A stretch of DNA of 64,000 nt, from assembly GCA_050288105.1 (NCBI GenBank), contig JBNKDE010000001.1:16097-80096 (forward strand), written 5' to 3'. The notes under the pieces are model-generated. The model was not told the DNA's origin. It searched no databases and saw nothing but the letters and a program-made list of their open reading frames with translations. Below are positions 48,853 to 59,813 of this stretch, one piece after another (the first letter of the stretch is position 1; every line of letters begins with the position of its first letter). A program made the position numbers and the translations under genes. Origin of the DNA: Gammaproteobacteria bacterium (GTDB taxonomy: Bacteria > Pseudomonadota > Gammaproteobacteria > GCA-001735895).

Positions 48853-49123
48853 GATGAATGCAGATACTGTTATCGATCTTGGACAGCAGGCTTTATATGT
48901 CATCGTAATGCTGGCAGCGCCGATGTTGCTGTCTGCACTGGCAATAGGTCTGTTGATTGGTATGTTCCAGGCAGCGACCCAGATTAATGAAATGACCCTC
49001 AGCTTTATTCCCAAGCTGCTGGTTCTGGTTTTATCCATCATGGTGGCGGGTCCGTGGATGCTGGATACGATCCTGAATTTCACTAGACGTCTGTATTTAA
49101 GTATACCGGGCATGTTGGGGTAG
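48853..49123 (+). CDS. fliQ: Flagellar export apparatus protein FliQ
   Basis: About 90 aa with two transmembrane segments; starts MNADTVIDLGQQ. Confidence 0.85.
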
Positions 49124-49125
49124 CG

Positions 49126-49899
49126 ATGGACGTTGATGCTGCACAGGCAACTGCATTTGTCGGATCACTACTCTGGCCCTTTATGCGTATTTCAGCCATG
49201 CTGATGGCTATGCCTGTGATTGGTACCAGACTGGTCTCTGTACGAGTACGCGTGGTACTTGCGGTGGTAATCAGCTTTCTGGTGCTACCACTGCTTCCCG
49301 AAATGCCTGCGGTAGAACCACTGTCAGCAGCAGGCCTGACCATCTCGGTGCATCAGCTGCTGATAGGTCTGGCGATGGGGTTTATCCTGCAACTGGTACT
49401 GGGAGCGCTGACGATCGCTGGTGAAGCCATCGCGATGACCATGGGCCTGGGATTTGCATCCATGGTCGATCCGGCTAATGGTGTCAATGTGCCGGTACTA
49501 TCGCAGTTTTTCCTGATTCTGGGCACGCTGTTATTCCTGGCACTGGGTGGTCATCTGATGGTAATTCAACTGGTGGTAAGCAGTTTTCAATCCATTCCAG
49601 TGGGGCTTGAGGGGATACAAAGGGAGAGTTTCTGGGTCATCATCAGTTTTTCCAGCCAGATGTTTATAGCAGCTATCTGGATTGCATTGCCCGCATTGAT
49701 TTCGATTTTAGTGATTACCCTGGCGATGGGCATTATGACCCGCGCTGCACCTCAGCTAAATATATTTTCTGTAGGCTTTCCGGTCACCATGCTGATGGGG
49801 TTTGTCATTTTGATGCTGTTGATACCCACCATACTGCCGCGCTTTAACCAGCTGCTGTTAATGGGTATGCAGGCTAGTCAGAGGATTGGAGGGTTGTAA
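49126..49899 (+). CDS. fliR: Flagellar export apparatus protein FliR
   Basis: Polytopic membrane protein in the conserved position. Confidence 0.85.
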   Translation: MDVDAAQATAFVGSLLWPFMRISAMLMAMPVIGTRLVSVRVRVVLAVVISFLVLPLLPEMPAVEPLSAAGLTISVHQLLIGLAMGFILQLVLGALTIAGEAIAMTMGLGFASMVDPANGVNVPVLSQFFLILGTLLFLALGGHLMVIQLVVSSFQSIPVGLEGIQRESFWVIISFSSQMFIAAIWIALPALISILVITLAMGIMTRAAPQLNIFSVGFPVTMLMGFVILMLLIPTILPRFNQLLLMGMQASQRIGGL

Positions 49900-51026
49900 T
49901 GGCTGACAACGATACCAGTCAGGAAAAGACCGAACAGCCGACGCCGAAAAAACTGCGCGAGGCGCGCGAGAAAGGACAGATTCCACGCTCCAAGGAGCTG
50001 AACAGCATGACCATTATGGTCGCGGGTGCGATCGGCCTGCTGTTTATGGGGTCATATATTATTGGCTCGCTATCAGGTTTGATGACTAGCGGTTTCAGCC
50101 TGTCACGTGTGGAGATACAGGATACAGCCTCTATCATCATTCGATTTGAAAATGCCATATACGATGCATTTATCGGTTTATTACCGTTTCTGTCTCTCAT
50201 GGTTATCGTGGCTATTTTGACACCTTTAATGCTGGGCGGCTGGTCTTTCAGCCTTGACCAGATCAGTTTTAAAGGCGAGCGACTGGATCCCATCGCAGGA
50301 ATAAAACGAATTTTTTCCGCACGCGGTTTGATGGAGCTGGTGAAAGCCCTGGCCAAGTTTCTGGTGGTGTCGGTTATTGCGGTTATTTTTATGTGGACTA
50401 ATGCGGACGAATTTCTGCATCTGGGACGTGAGCCGTTTTATCAGGGGCTGACCCATGCTGCCTGGCTGTTTGGATATGCATTTCTGGTGATGTCGCTGGC
50501 GCTATTACTGATTGCTGCCATTGATGTTCCATTCCAGCTCTGGGATCACAGCAATAAGCTGAAGATGACGATGCAGGAAGTACGCGATGAAATGAAGGAA
50601 ACCGAAGGTCGCCCAGAGGTCAAGTCACGCATTCGTGGGCTACAGCAGGAAATGGCCCAGCGTCGCATGATGCAGGATGTACCCGACGCCGACGTCATTA
50701 TCACCAACCCTACTCACTATGCGGTAGCGCTTAAATACGATCCTGAAACCATGGCGGTTCCTGTGGTGGTGGCTATGGGTAAGGATTTGATCGCACTCAA
50801 GATCAGAGAAATCGGACAGGCTTCCGGCGTCGAGATCTTTGAAGCACCACCATTGGCGCGCGCGTTGTTTGCCCATTCCAAACTGGGTCAGGAAATACCA
50901 GGGCAGCTGTATTACGCAGTCGCACAGGTTCTGGCCTTTATCTTCCAGTTAAAAAATGCCCGTGAGCATGGACTGGATATCCCGGATCGACCCGATCCTT
51001 ATGTTCCAACCGATGAGCAGAAATAA
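49899..51026 (+). CDS. flhB: Flagellar export apparatus protein FlhB
   Basis: The NPTH autocleavage motif (ITNPTHYAVAL). Confidence 0.9.
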   Translation: MADNDTSQEKTEQPTPKKLREAREKGQIPRSKELNSMTIMVAGAIGLLFMGSYIIGSLSGLMTSGFSLSRVEIQDTASIIIRFENAIYDAFIGLLPFLSLMVIVAILTPLMLGGWSFSLDQISFKGERLDPIAGIKRIFSARGLMELVKALAKFLVVSVIAVIFMWTNADEFLHLGREPFYQGLTHAAWLFGYAFLVMSLALLLIAAIDVPFQLWDHSNKLKMTMQEVRDEMKETEGRPEVKSRIRGLQQEMAQRRMMQDVPDADVIITNPTHYAVALKYDPETMAVPVVVAMGKDLIALKIREIGQASGVEIFEAPPLARALFAHSKLGQEIPGQLYYAVAQVLAFIFQLKNAREHGLDIPDRPDPYVPTDEQK

Positions 51027-51028
51027 TT

Positions 51029-53122
51029 ATGGCTACGCTTGTTCAACAAATTCGAGGCTTTAACACACAGGGACTGGCAGCGCCGTTGCTGGTCATCATG
51101 ATGCTGGCAATGGTGGTTATTCCGCTACCGCCGATGGCGCTGGATATGTTGTTTACTTTTAATATTGCGTTTGCGCTGATCGTGGTACTGGTGTCGGTTT
51201 ATGCACTACGACCGCTCGACTTTTCGGTATTTCCTACCATATTGCTGGTGGCTACCCTGTTGCGTCTGGCACTGAATATCGCCTCTACCCGGGTGGTACT
51301 GCTGGAAGGCCATACCGGCACCGCTGCTGCGGGTAAAGTGATAGAAGCCTTCGGTGATTTTGTTATCGGTGGTAACTATGCAGTCGGTCTGGTGGTTTTT
51401 GGTATTCTGGTCATTATAAACTTTGTGGTGGTAACCAAGGGTGCAGGTCGTGTGTCAGAAGTCAGCGCTCGATTTACCCTGGATGCCATGCCGGGTAAAC
51501 AGATGGCGATAGATGCAGATCTGAATGCCGGATTGTGTACTCAGGATGAAGCCCGTCAGCGCCGCGCCGAAGTTGCACAGGAAGCGGATTTTTACGGCTC
51601 TATGGACGGTGCCAGTAAGTTTGTTCGTGGTGATGCGATTGCCGGTATTCTCATCCTGTTTATCAATATCATTGGCGGGCTCGCGATCGGCATCCTGCAG
51701 CATGATATGGCCGCGTCTGATGCCTTACGCAACTATACGCTGTTAACCATAGGTGATGGTCTGGTCGCACAGATACCTTCACTGGTGCTCTCTACTGCCA
51801 CTGCGATTATTGTTACCCGTGTGTCGGCTTCCAGTGAAATGGGCGGCCAGGTGTTTGCGCAGATGTTTGAAGACCCGCGCTCCCTGATCGTAACAGCCTC
51901 TATCCTGACCGTGATGGGAATCATCCCGGGTATGCCGAATTTTGCATTCCTGTCGCTGGCGGCTATCTCGGGTGGCCTGGCTTACAGCATCCAAAAGAAA
52001 AAGCAGCGAATTGCCGAGGAAGTGGAAGCGGTTCCTGCAGTAGTAGAAAAACCGCAGCAGAAAGAACTCAGCTGGGATGACGTCAAGACTGTAGACATGA
52101 TTGGTCTGGAAGTCGGCTACGGGTTGATTCCGCTGGTAGATGAGCGTCAGGGTGGTGAGTTAATGACTCGCATCAAGGGGGTGCGCAAGAAACTCTCGCA
52201 GGAACTGGGCTTTCTGGTGCAGTCCGTACATATCCGCGATAACCTCGATTTACCACCGAATGGCTATCGCTTAAGCATGCTGGGTGTGCCTATGGGTGAA
52301 GCAGAGGTTATGCCCGGTAAGGATCTGGCGATCAATCCTGGAACGGTTTATGGAGAATTGAGTGGGATTGCCACCAAAGATCCTGCGTTTGGGCTGGATG
52401 CTGTGTGGATTGATCCGGCTCAGCGCGATCATGCGCAGACCCTGGGTTATACGGTGGTGGATGTCTCCACCGTGGTTGCAACCCATCTGAGTCAGATGCT
52501 GCAGGAGAATGCGCATGAAATGATCGGGCACGAAGAAGTCCAGCAATTGATGGAAGTGCTCAAGCGCAATGCCCCCAAACTGGTAGAGAACCTGACGCCC
52601 AAACCGTTGCCGCTGTCAGTGATTGTCCGCGTCCTGCAGAGCCTGCTTCAGGAACAGATATCCATTCGCGATCTACGCACGATAGCCGAAACCTTGGCGG
52701 ATTATGGTCAGCACAGTCAAGATCCCGGCATTTTGACCTCTCAGGTCAGGGTGGCTCTGGGTCGTCAAATCGTACAAAGTATCTATGGAATGGCTTCAGA
52801 GCTTACTGTGATGACCTTGCACCCTTCGCTGGAACAGATTTTGCAACAGTCAGTACAGGGAGAAGGTGGCAAGGTGATGGCGTTTGAGCCCGGTCTTGCT
52901 CAGGTGATGCATAACTCACTCAGGGAAAGTACACAGAACCAGCTGGCGAAAGGACAACCTGCCGTGTTGCTGGTATCTCAGAACCTGCGTGCTTTCCTGT
53001 CGCGCATGGTACGCCACGGTATTCAGGGGCTGCATGTGCTGAGTTATGAAGAAATCCCGGAAGATAAACAGATTAAGGTGATTGCCAGTGTGGGAAATCC
53101 GGCAAACACGCAGGGGCAATAA
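51029..53122 (+). CDS. flhA: Flagellar export apparatus protein FlhA
   Basis: 697 aa with an N-terminal membrane domain and a cytoplasmic domain. Confidence 0.9.
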   Translation: MATLVQQIRGFNTQGLAAPLLVIMMLAMVVIPLPPMALDMLFTFNIAFALIVVLVSVYALRPLDFSVFPTILLVATLLRLALNIASTRVVLLEGHTGTAAAGKVIEAFGDFVIGGNYAVGLVVFGILVIINFVVVTKGAGRVSEVSARFTLDAMPGKQMAIDADLNAGLCTQDEARQRRAEVAQEADFYGSMDGASKFVRGDAIAGILILFINIIGGLAIGILQHDMAASDALRNYTLLTIGDGLVAQIPSLVLSTATAIIVTRVSASSEMGGQVFAQMFEDPRSLIVTASILTVMGIIPGMPNFAFLSLAAISGGLAYSIQKKKQRIAEEVEAVPAVVEKPQQKELSWDDVKTVDMIGLEVGYGLIPLVDERQGGELMTRIKGVRKKLSQELGFLVQSVHIRDNLDLPPNGYRLSMLGVPMGEAEVMPGKDLAINPGTVYGELSGIATKDPAFGLDAVWIDPAQRDHAQTLGYTVVDVSTVVATHLSQMLQENAHEMIGHEEVQQLMEVLKRNAPKLVENLTPKPLPLSVIVRVLQSLLQEQISIRDLRTIAETLADYGQHSQDPGILTSQVRVALGRQIVQSIYGMASELTVMTLHPSLEQILQQSVQGEGGKVMAFEPGLAQVMHNSLRESTQNQLAKGQPAVLLVSQNLRAFLSRMVRHGIQGLHVLSYEEIPEDKQIKVIASVGNPANTQGQ

Positions 53123-53176
53123 GCTGACTGGGTGGCCTTATACCGACTAAAGAACAGAATATGATAATCAGGTGTA

Positions 53177-54730
53177 GTGATGAGAATTAAGCGTACTTAT
53201 GGAGCTACCATGCGTGAGGCACTGGCACAGGTAAAACTGGAGCAGGGACCTGATGCGGTTATTTTAGGAAATAAGAAAGTACCGGGTGGCGTGGAAATTC
53301 TATCAGCGATAGATTTCGATCATAAACAGGTTGATGCTTATGCCGGGAATCCTTCTATTGCATTGAGCGAAGCTGTCTCTGAACCCGCCTGGCAGACACA
53401 GGCAATCCCAGAGCAGCGGACGCTACCGCAAAGCGCCGAGCTTGCCGCTGCGAGCGTGCCTGATTTTATCTTTGAACAAAATGGCGAAGGTAGAAAAGAG
53501 CCTGTGCTCGGGATGCCAGCCCAGATTATTCCGATGCAGTCTAAAGTGGCACAGGCAGAACCCGAAAGGCCCCCAATCATTAAACCCACGGTCTCCAGAC
53601 CGACTAACAAAATACAGAGTACGCCCAACTCTAAAGCCGCCCCTCAGCCAAAGGTAGCGCAAAAGCCTGCGCCTAAAAAAACACTACCTGTTGAAGAAGA
53701 AGCACAGGCTCGCGCTGCCCAGGCTGATCAACTGTTGAAGAGTTTACGTAACAATGAGTACGGCCAGCGCCCGCATCATGATTTGTCTAATCCTATGATC
53801 GAGGAAGTGAAGGGCGAGCTGCAAAACCTGCGTGAACTGATGGCGAGTCAGTTAAACGTGCTGGAGTGGGATCGTTTCAACCAGCGCCATCCAGTCAGGT
53901 CTGTATTGTTAAATCTGATGACAGAGCTGGGGCTGGGCACCGATACCTGTGAAATGATTTTTGAAAAACTGGGCGTGCTGAATGACGACCCGCACAAGGT
54001 CTGGCAGAAAGCGCTGGGTATCCTGGCTACCTCCATACCCATTAGCCAGCATGATATTCTGGCCGAGGGCGGCAGGATTGCACTGGTGGGTTCTACCGGC
54101 GTCGGCAAGACTACCACGATTGCCAAGCTGGCGGCGCGCTTTGCACATACCCACGGTAAACGTTCGGTAGCGCTAATCAGTACCGATAATTTTCGGGTAG
54201 GGGCACAGGATCAGTTACAGCATTTCGCTCGTCTTCTGGAGATCCCTTTACTGACAGCACACACTAGTGAGGAACTTACCGATAGTCTCAAAATGCTGGA
54301 AGATAAGCGCCTGGTGCTGATAGATACTGCGGGCATGAGCCAGACTGATGTACGCCTGTCAGAACAGTTTCATAGCTTGCAGCATGGTTCCCCGGAAGTG
54401 CAGCCCTACCTGGTATTGTCTGCCAATACGCAGCTTGCGGCGGTGAATGCGACGGTCAAATGTTTTGCCCGAGTCAAGCTGGCCGGCACCATAATTACCA
54501 AACTGGACGAATCAGCCAGTCTTGGGGGGATTTTGACGGCATCTATTCGCCATCAGTTGCCGATATCCTATTGCGGCACAGGGCAGAAGGTTCCAGAGGA
54601 TTTACAGCCAGCGAAAAATCATCGGCTGGTGAGCAAGGCGGTGTCACTGATGCAGAACTATACCGAGCAGGTGGATAAGGAAACCCTGGCATTTCGTTAT
54701 AACCATCTGATATCAACCACCCGGAGCTAA
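53177..54730 (+). CDS. flhF: Flagellar biosynthesis GTPase FlhF
   Basis: SRP-type GTPase motifs (GSTGVGKTTT, DTAG). Confidence 0.85.
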   Translation: MMRIKRTYGATMREALAQVKLEQGPDAVILGNKKVPGGVEILSAIDFDHKQVDAYAGNPSIALSEAVSEPAWQTQAIPEQRTLPQSAELAAASVPDFIFEQNGEGRKEPVLGMPAQIIPMQSKVAQAEPERPPIIKPTVSRPTNKIQSTPNSKAAPQPKVAQKPAPKKTLPVEEEAQARAAQADQLLKSLRNNEYGQRPHHDLSNPMIEEVKGELQNLRELMASQLNVLEWDRFNQRHPVRSVLLNLMTELGLGTDTCEMIFEKLGVLNDDPHKVWQKALGILATSIPISQHDILAEGGRIALVGSTGVGKTTTIAKLAARFAHTHGKRSVALISTDNFRVGAQDQLQHFARLLEIPLLTAHTSEELTDSLKMLEDKRLVLIDTAGMSQTDVRLSEQFHSLQHGSPEVQPYLVLSANTQLAAVNATVKCFARVKLAGTIITKLDESASLGGILTASIRHQLPISYCGTGQKVPEDLQPAKNHRLVSKAVSLMQNYTEQVDKETLAFRYNHLISTTRS

Positions 54731-54735
54731 TCAAC

Positions 54736-55599
54736 ATGGATCAGGCGCAAGGACTAAGACAGATGAAACATCAAAAACCGGTGCAGGTGATTGCCATAAC
54801 CAGCGGTAAGGGCGGTGTGGGTAAGAGCAACATATCGGTGAACGTCGCTGTCGCACTGGCGCAGCAGGGCCAGAATGTGATGATCATGGATGCGGATCTG
54901 GGGCTGGCCAATATTGATGTTCTGCTGGGGCTTTCCCCGGGATACAACCTGTCGCACGTGATCAATGGTGAATGCTCTCTGGATGAAACCTTGATTGACG
55001 GACCTGCTGGGATCAAAATAATTCCTGCATCATCGGGTACACGCGAGATGGCTGACCTCAACTCCGTGCAGAATGCCGGAATCATACGCGCCTTTTCTGA
55101 TCTCACCGCGCCGATAGATACGCTGTTAATCGATACGGCTGCCGGTGTCTCTGACTCTGTTGTGAGTTACGTACGTGCCGCACGTGAAGTTATTATTGTG
55201 GTGTGTGATGAACCCGCATCGATTACTGACGCCTACGCGATGATCAAGGTGATGAATCGAGACTTTCAGGTACAGAGATTTCACGTTTTAGCCAATATGG
55301 CCCATAGCATTCAGCAGGGACGTGAGCTATATATGAAGTTAGCAAGAGTAGCCGACCAATTTCTGGATGTTACGCTCGATTTTGTTGGTTCGGTCCCCTA
55401 TGACGATTATTTGAGAAAAGCGGTACAAAAGCAAAAGTGCGTAATAGAGATGTACCCCCGAAGCCCGTCAGCGATGGCGTTCCGCAAAATAGCCCAGAAG
55501 GCGATGAGTTGGCCAGTGCCGAGAACAATAGAGGGGCATCTGGAGTTTTTCATCGAGAGATTGATGGATTACAGCGGCAACAGCGAGGTGAGAGGCTGA
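54736..55599 (+). CDS. fleN: Flagellar number regulator FleN/FlhG (MinD-like ATPase)
   Basis: The deviant Walker A motif (TSGKGGVGKSN). Confidence 0.85.
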   Translation: MDQAQGLRQMKHQKPVQVIAITSGKGGVGKSNISVNVAVALAQQGQNVMIMDADLGLANIDVLLGLSPGYNLSHVINGECSLDETLIDGPAGIKIIPASSGTREMADLNSVQNAGIIRAFSDLTAPIDTLLIDTAAGVSDSVVSYVRAAREVIIVVCDEPASITDAYAMIKVMNRDFQVQRFHVLANMAHSIQQGRELYMKLARVADQFLDVTLDFVGSVPYDDYLRKAVQKQKCVIEMYPRSPSAMAFRKIAQKAMSWPVPRTIEGHLEFFIERLMDYSGNSEVRG

Positions 55600-56324
55600 T
55601 GAATGGGCATGCCATGTATGCTGAAGTGGAACGATATGGTAAAGAGAATATCGTTGCGCGGCATGCTGCATTGGTGAAACGAATTGCTTTTCATCTAGTC
55701 AATCGATTACCGGCGCATGTACAGGTAGATGATTTGATTCAGGCGGGTATGCTGGGGTTGCTGGAAGCAGCCAGTAATTTTGATGCCAGCCAGGGTGCCA
55801 GTTTTGAAACCTATGCAGGTATTCGAATTCGCGGCTCTATGCTGGATGAAATAAGAAAACTGGACTGGACACCCCGTTCAGTTCACCGAAAATCGCGTGC
55901 TGTGAGTGAAGCGATTCGAAAAATTGAACATCAAAAGGGGACTGACGCGACTGATCAGGAAATTGCACAGGAGTTGGGCATCTCACTTTCTGAATATCAC
56001 CAGATTTTGATTGATACCAACAGTAGCAGGGTATTCAGTATTGAGGCGTTGCAGGAAGAAAACGATTATCAGGTGCCTGCAGAGAATAATAACTCACCAT
56101 TCGACCACATAAGCGATGATGAGTATCAAAAGCTTTTAGCTGATAGTATTCGCAGTTTGCCAGAAAAAGAGCAGTTGGTGATGTCACTTTATTACCAGGA
56201 TGAATTGAATTTCCGGGAGATCGGTCAGGTACTGGATGTCAGCGAATCGCGAGTTTGTCAGATTCATGGCCAGGCCATGTTGCGTATCAGAAGCAAGATG
56301 TCAGACTGGATTTCCAGTCGCTGA
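55599..56324 (+). CDS. fliA: Flagellar sigma factor FliA (sigma-28)
   Basis: Sigma-70 regions 2 and 4. Its ATG overlaps the fleN stop codon (tgATGa). Confidence 0.85.
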   Translation: MNGHAMYAEVERYGKENIVARHAALVKRIAFHLVNRLPAHVQVDDLIQAGMLGLLEAASNFDASQGASFETYAGIRIRGSMLDEIRKLDWTPRSVHRKSRAVSEAIRKIEHQKGTDATDQEIAQELGISLSEYHQILIDTNSSRVFSIEALQEENDYQVPAENNNSPFDHISDDEYQKLLADSIRSLPEKEQLVMSLYYQDELNFREIGQVLDVSESRVCQIHGQAMLRIRSKMSDWISSR

Positions 56325-56408
56325 TCCCCATATCCTCTTTCGGGTTAATTCAATAGGTTTATTCTATAATAGCCCTGTGAAGATTTGATTTTATATTATG
56401 CTTAAACA

Positions 56409-56416
56409 GCCGATAA
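56409..56416 (+). promoter_or_regulatory. Sigma-28 (-10) element GCCGATAA upstream of cheY
   Basis: Exact match to the sigma-28 -10 consensus, about 55 nt upstream of the cheY start. Confidence 0.5.
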
Positions 56417-56469
56417 CGCTTTAAAGCGCATTGTTGGCTTATCTAATGTATGCAATAGGCGGAGGTTGC

Positions 56470-56856
56470 ATGGATAAAAATATGAAGATTCTGATTGTTG
56501 ATGATTTTTCGACCATGCGTCGAATTATCAAGAATCTGTTACGTGATCTGGGCTTTAACGACACCACGGAAGCAGATGATGGTCAGACTGCTTTGCCTCT
56601 ACTACGCTCCGGAAAGTTCGATTTTCTGGTCACTGACTGGAATATGCCTGGAATGGATGGGCTGACGTTATTAAAAACCGTACGCGCGGATGAAAACCTT
56701 AAAGATATGCCCGTGCTAATGGTAACTGCAGAAGCTAAACGTGAGCAAATCATCGTAGCCGCTCAGGCAGGTGTGAATGGTTATATTGTTAAACCATTCA
56801 CTGCAGTGACCCTGAAAGAGAAGATCGAAAAAATATTTGAGAGGTTAGAAGGATGA
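56470..56856 (+). CDS. cheY: Chemotaxis response regulator CheY
   Basis: Receiver-domain residues (DD..., D57-equivalent in [12 protein letters not shown], ...K109). Confidence 0.9.
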   Translation: MDKNMKILIVDDFSTMRRIIKNLLRDLGFNDTTEADDGQTALPLLRSGKFDFLVTDWNMPGMDGLTLLKTVRADENLKDMPVLMVTAEAKREQIIVAAQAGVNGYIVKPFTAVTLKEKIEKIFERLEG

Positions 56857-57599
56857 GCAAAGTTGAAAATCCCAATTACCTGACTGAAGAATATTTAGCT
56901 CGTCTCAATGAGTTGGGTAACGCCCTCAACCAAAACAATAATGATGCGGCTAATCGATTAATTGGAGAATTAACCACGCTACGAGAATCTTCCCTGTTTC
57001 AGGAACTGGGTAAAATCACACGTGAGATTCATGACTCGATTAATGCGTTTAGCGACGACCAACGTGTTGTGGAACTCACAGAAGAAGAGATACCGGACGC
57101 AAAGGAGCGATTGAACTACATTGTTACCAAAACTGAGCAGGCAGCGCATAGAACAATGACTGGCGCGGAAGCGGCGATGGAAGTGATCGATGAGTTTAAT
57201 GAATCCGCAACAGAAATACAGCAGCGCTGGAAGGAATTCCGTACCAGTAAGTTATCCAAGTCTGATTTTTTAACTTTAAGCGACGATATTGATTCATTTT
57301 TATCCTCAATCCGTCCAGAGAGCGATAAAGTCAGGGCAAAAATGACCGATATTATGATGGCTCAGGATTATCAGGATTTGACCGGGCAGATGATTAAACA
57401 AGTGATTAGTATGGTACAGGAGGTAGAAGAGAAGCTGGTTCGGCTGGTGGCAATTTCGGGAGCAAAACTGAGTACCTCGGAGCAAAAGCATGTCGATGGC
57501 AGCATGGCGCATGGGCCTCAGTTACCTAACGCGAATAAAGCAGAAGTCGCTACCAGTCAGGATGAGGTAGATGATTTACTGGCCAGTTTGGGGTTTTAG
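56853..57599 (+). CDS. cheZ: CheY-P phosphatase CheZ
   Basis: Position after cheY and the conserved C-terminal CheY-binding peptide ([12 protein letters not shown]). Confidence 0.8.
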   Translation: MSKVENPNYLTEEYLARLNELGNALNQNNNDAANRLIGELTTLRESSLFQELGKITREIHDSINAFSDDQRVVELTEEEIPDAKERLNYIVTKTEQAAHRTMTGAEAAMEVIDEFNESATEIQQRWKEFRTSKLSKSDFLTLSDDIDSFLSSIRPESDKVRAKMTDIMMAQDYQDLTGQMIKQVISMVQEVEEKLVRLVAISGAKLSTSEQKHVDGSMAHGPQLPNANKAEVATSQDEVDDLLASLGF

Positions 57600-57649
57600 T
57601 AATTGTCGGGTGATTTTCATCAGATTTTAAGTATTAGACGGGTAAGCCG

Positions 57650-59764
57650 ATGGCAATCGATTTAGAAGACGACATCTTGCAGGATTTCCTGGTAGAAGCA
57701 GGCGAAATACTGGAAGGGTTAAATGAACAATTAGTCGATCTTGAACAGTCGCCGGATGATTCAGATCTGCTAAATGCTATTTTTCGTGGTTTTCATACGA
57801 TTAAAGGTGGTGGTAGCTTTCTTTCCCTGACCAACCTGGTTGAGATATGCCATAAATCAGAAGACGTTTTTAATCTTTTACGTAATCATGAGATTAGTCT
57901 TAACGCGGATATGATGGATGCGTTCCTGCGCGTGCTGGATGAAGCCAATAGCATGTTCGAGCAGATTAAATCCGGGGAAGATCCCTCGCCGGCAGATCCT
58001 GAATTACTGAAAGAGCTGGTAACCATGCAGAACCCTGCTGCTGTAGCGGAAGCCCCTGTAGAAGCGGAACCTGAGCCTGAAGAAGAGGCGACGGTTGCAG
58101 AAGCGAAAAATGAAACGCCTGCAGTTTCAGCACAGCAGGCTGAAGCAGCAGCAAACGAATTTGTATCTGGCAAGGATGAAATCACTGATGAAGAGTTTGA
58201 GCATCTGCTGGATGCCCTACATGGTTCGGGTGCTCCACCAAAAGCGGTAGAGATCGCGAAACCAGCTGCCGTCGATAAGGCTGCTGACAGTGACGAAATT
58301 ACCGATGATGAATTTGAAGCACTGCTTGATGAGTTACATGGGAAGGGTGCCGGGCCTACCGGTGCTAATGCCAGGAAACCGGTTGCGAAAGCAGCTGAGA
58401 AAGGCATAAAAGCTGACGACGACAAGATCACCGATGAAGAGTTTGAATCTTTGCTGGATGAAATGCACGGCAAAGGCAAAGGCCCTACCTCGGCATCTGC
58501 CCAGAAGCCCGCGCAGAGTGCGCCCGCGGCTGAGAAAAAACCAGCGGCCGCCGCTAAGCCAGCAGCTGCGGCAGTTAAAAAGGAGAGCTCTGCTCCCAAG
58601 GGTGAAACAACTGTTCGTGTAGATACCGCTCGCCTGGACGATATTATGAACCTGGTTGGAGAGCTGGTTCTGACGCGTAATCGTCTGAATACGCTACGTC
58701 AGACATTTGACGATGAACGCGTACATAAGGCTATTTCCAGCCTGGATGTAGTAACCGCTGACCTGCAGACTGCCGTGATGAAAACGCGTATGCAGCCGGT
58801 AAAAAAGGTTTTCGGGCGCTTTCCCAGGGTTGTTCGTGATTTAGCACGCAGCTTGAAGAAAGAGGTTTCTCTGGAGCTTGAGGGTGAAGAAACCGACCTG
58901 GATAAAAATCTTGTTGAAGCGCTCGCCGACCCACTGGTGCATCTGGTACGTAACTCAGTTGACCATGGTGTAGAAACGCCGGAAATTAGAGAGAAAGCTG
59001 GCAAGCCCCGACAGGGCGTTGTGGTGCTGTCTGCGCAACAGGAAGGCGACCATATTCTGCTGTCTATCCGCGACGATGGTGCAGGTATGGATCCGGAAGT
59101 TTTACGCAGTAAAGTCATCGAGAAAGGCCTGATGGATGCAGAAGCAGCATCGCGTCTGGATGATAAGGGGTGTTTTGACCTGATTTTTATGCCCGGCCTG
59201 TCGACCAAAGAGCAAATCTCCGATGTGTCGGGGCGTGGTGTAGGTATGGATGTGGTCAAAACCAAGATTTCACAGCTTAATGGAACCATCGACATTGAAT
59301 CCGAACTCGGAAAAGGAACCGAGTTACGTATCAAGGTTCCATTGACACTGGCGATATTGCCTACGCTGATGGTTCAGCTGGGTACCCGTAAATTTGCGCT
59401 GCCGTTGTCTATCGTGAACGAGATTTTCGAATTGAGTTCCAAGAAGGTTAACGTGGTCGACGGCAGGGAAGTGGTGCTCAATCGTGGTAAGGCCCCGCCT
59501 ATGTTTTATCTGCGCAAATGGTTATTAAACGGAAAGGAAGCGGGCCAGAAGTTTGATGGTGACCCTCATGTTATTATGGTTCAGGTCGGTAACACTTCCG
59601 TGGGTTTCGTTGTAGATCAGGTCATTGGCCAGGAAGAGGTAGTAATAAAACCACTGGGCAAGATGCTACAGGGGCTGCCGGGCATGGCGGGCTCCACCAT
59701 CACGGGTGATGGCAATATTGCTATTATTCTGGATGTACCAGGGTTACTTAAGGCATATACTTGA
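57650..59764 (+). CDS. cheA: Chemotaxis histidine kinase CheA
   Basis: HPt domain motif (HTIKGG), catalytic HATPase region, C-terminal CheW-like domain, and Ala/Pro/Glu-rich linker repeats. Confidence 0.9.
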   Translation: MAIDLEDDILQDFLVEAGEILEGLNEQLVDLEQSPDDSDLLNAIFRGFHTIKGGGSFLSLTNLVEICHKSEDVFNLLRNHEISLNADMMDAFLRVLDEANSMFEQIKSGEDPSPADPELLKELVTMQNPAAVAEAPVEAEPEPEEEATVAEAKNETPAVSAQQAEAAANEFVSGKDEITDEEFEHLLDALHGSGAPPKAVEIAKPAAVDKAADSDEITDDEFEALLDELHGKGAGPTGANARKPVAKAAEKGIKADDDKITDEEFESLLDEMHGKGKGPTSASAQKPAQSAPAAEKKPAAAAKPAAAAVKKESSAPKGETTVRVDTARLDDIMNLVGELVLTRNRLNTLRQTFDDERVHKAISSLDVVTADLQTAVMKTRMQPVKKVFGRFPRVVRDLARSLKKEVSLELEGEETDLDKNLVEALADPLVHLVRNSVDHGVETPEIREKAGKPRQGVVVLSAQQEGDHILLSIRDDGAGMDPEVLRSKVIEKGLMDAEAASRLDDKGCFDLIFMPGLSTKEQISDVSGRGVGMDVVKTKISQLNGTIDIESELGKGTELRIKVPLTLAILPTLMVQLGTRKFALPLSIVNEIFELSSKKVNVVDGREVVLNRGKAPPMFYLRKWLLNGKEAGQKFDGDPHVIMVQVGNTSVGFVVDQVIGQEEVVIKPLGKMLQGLPGMAGSTITGDGNIAIILDVPGLLKAYT

Positions 59765-59813
59765 GATTGATGTAGATTAATTTAACAAATGGTCAGCAAA
59801 CTTTATTTTCATT

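Noticed and set aside
57886-58599. 237-aa minus-strand low-complexity Ala/Ser/Gly ORF
   Set aside because: It is antisense to the repetitive Ala/Pro/Glu linker region of cheA, a frame opened by that repeat.
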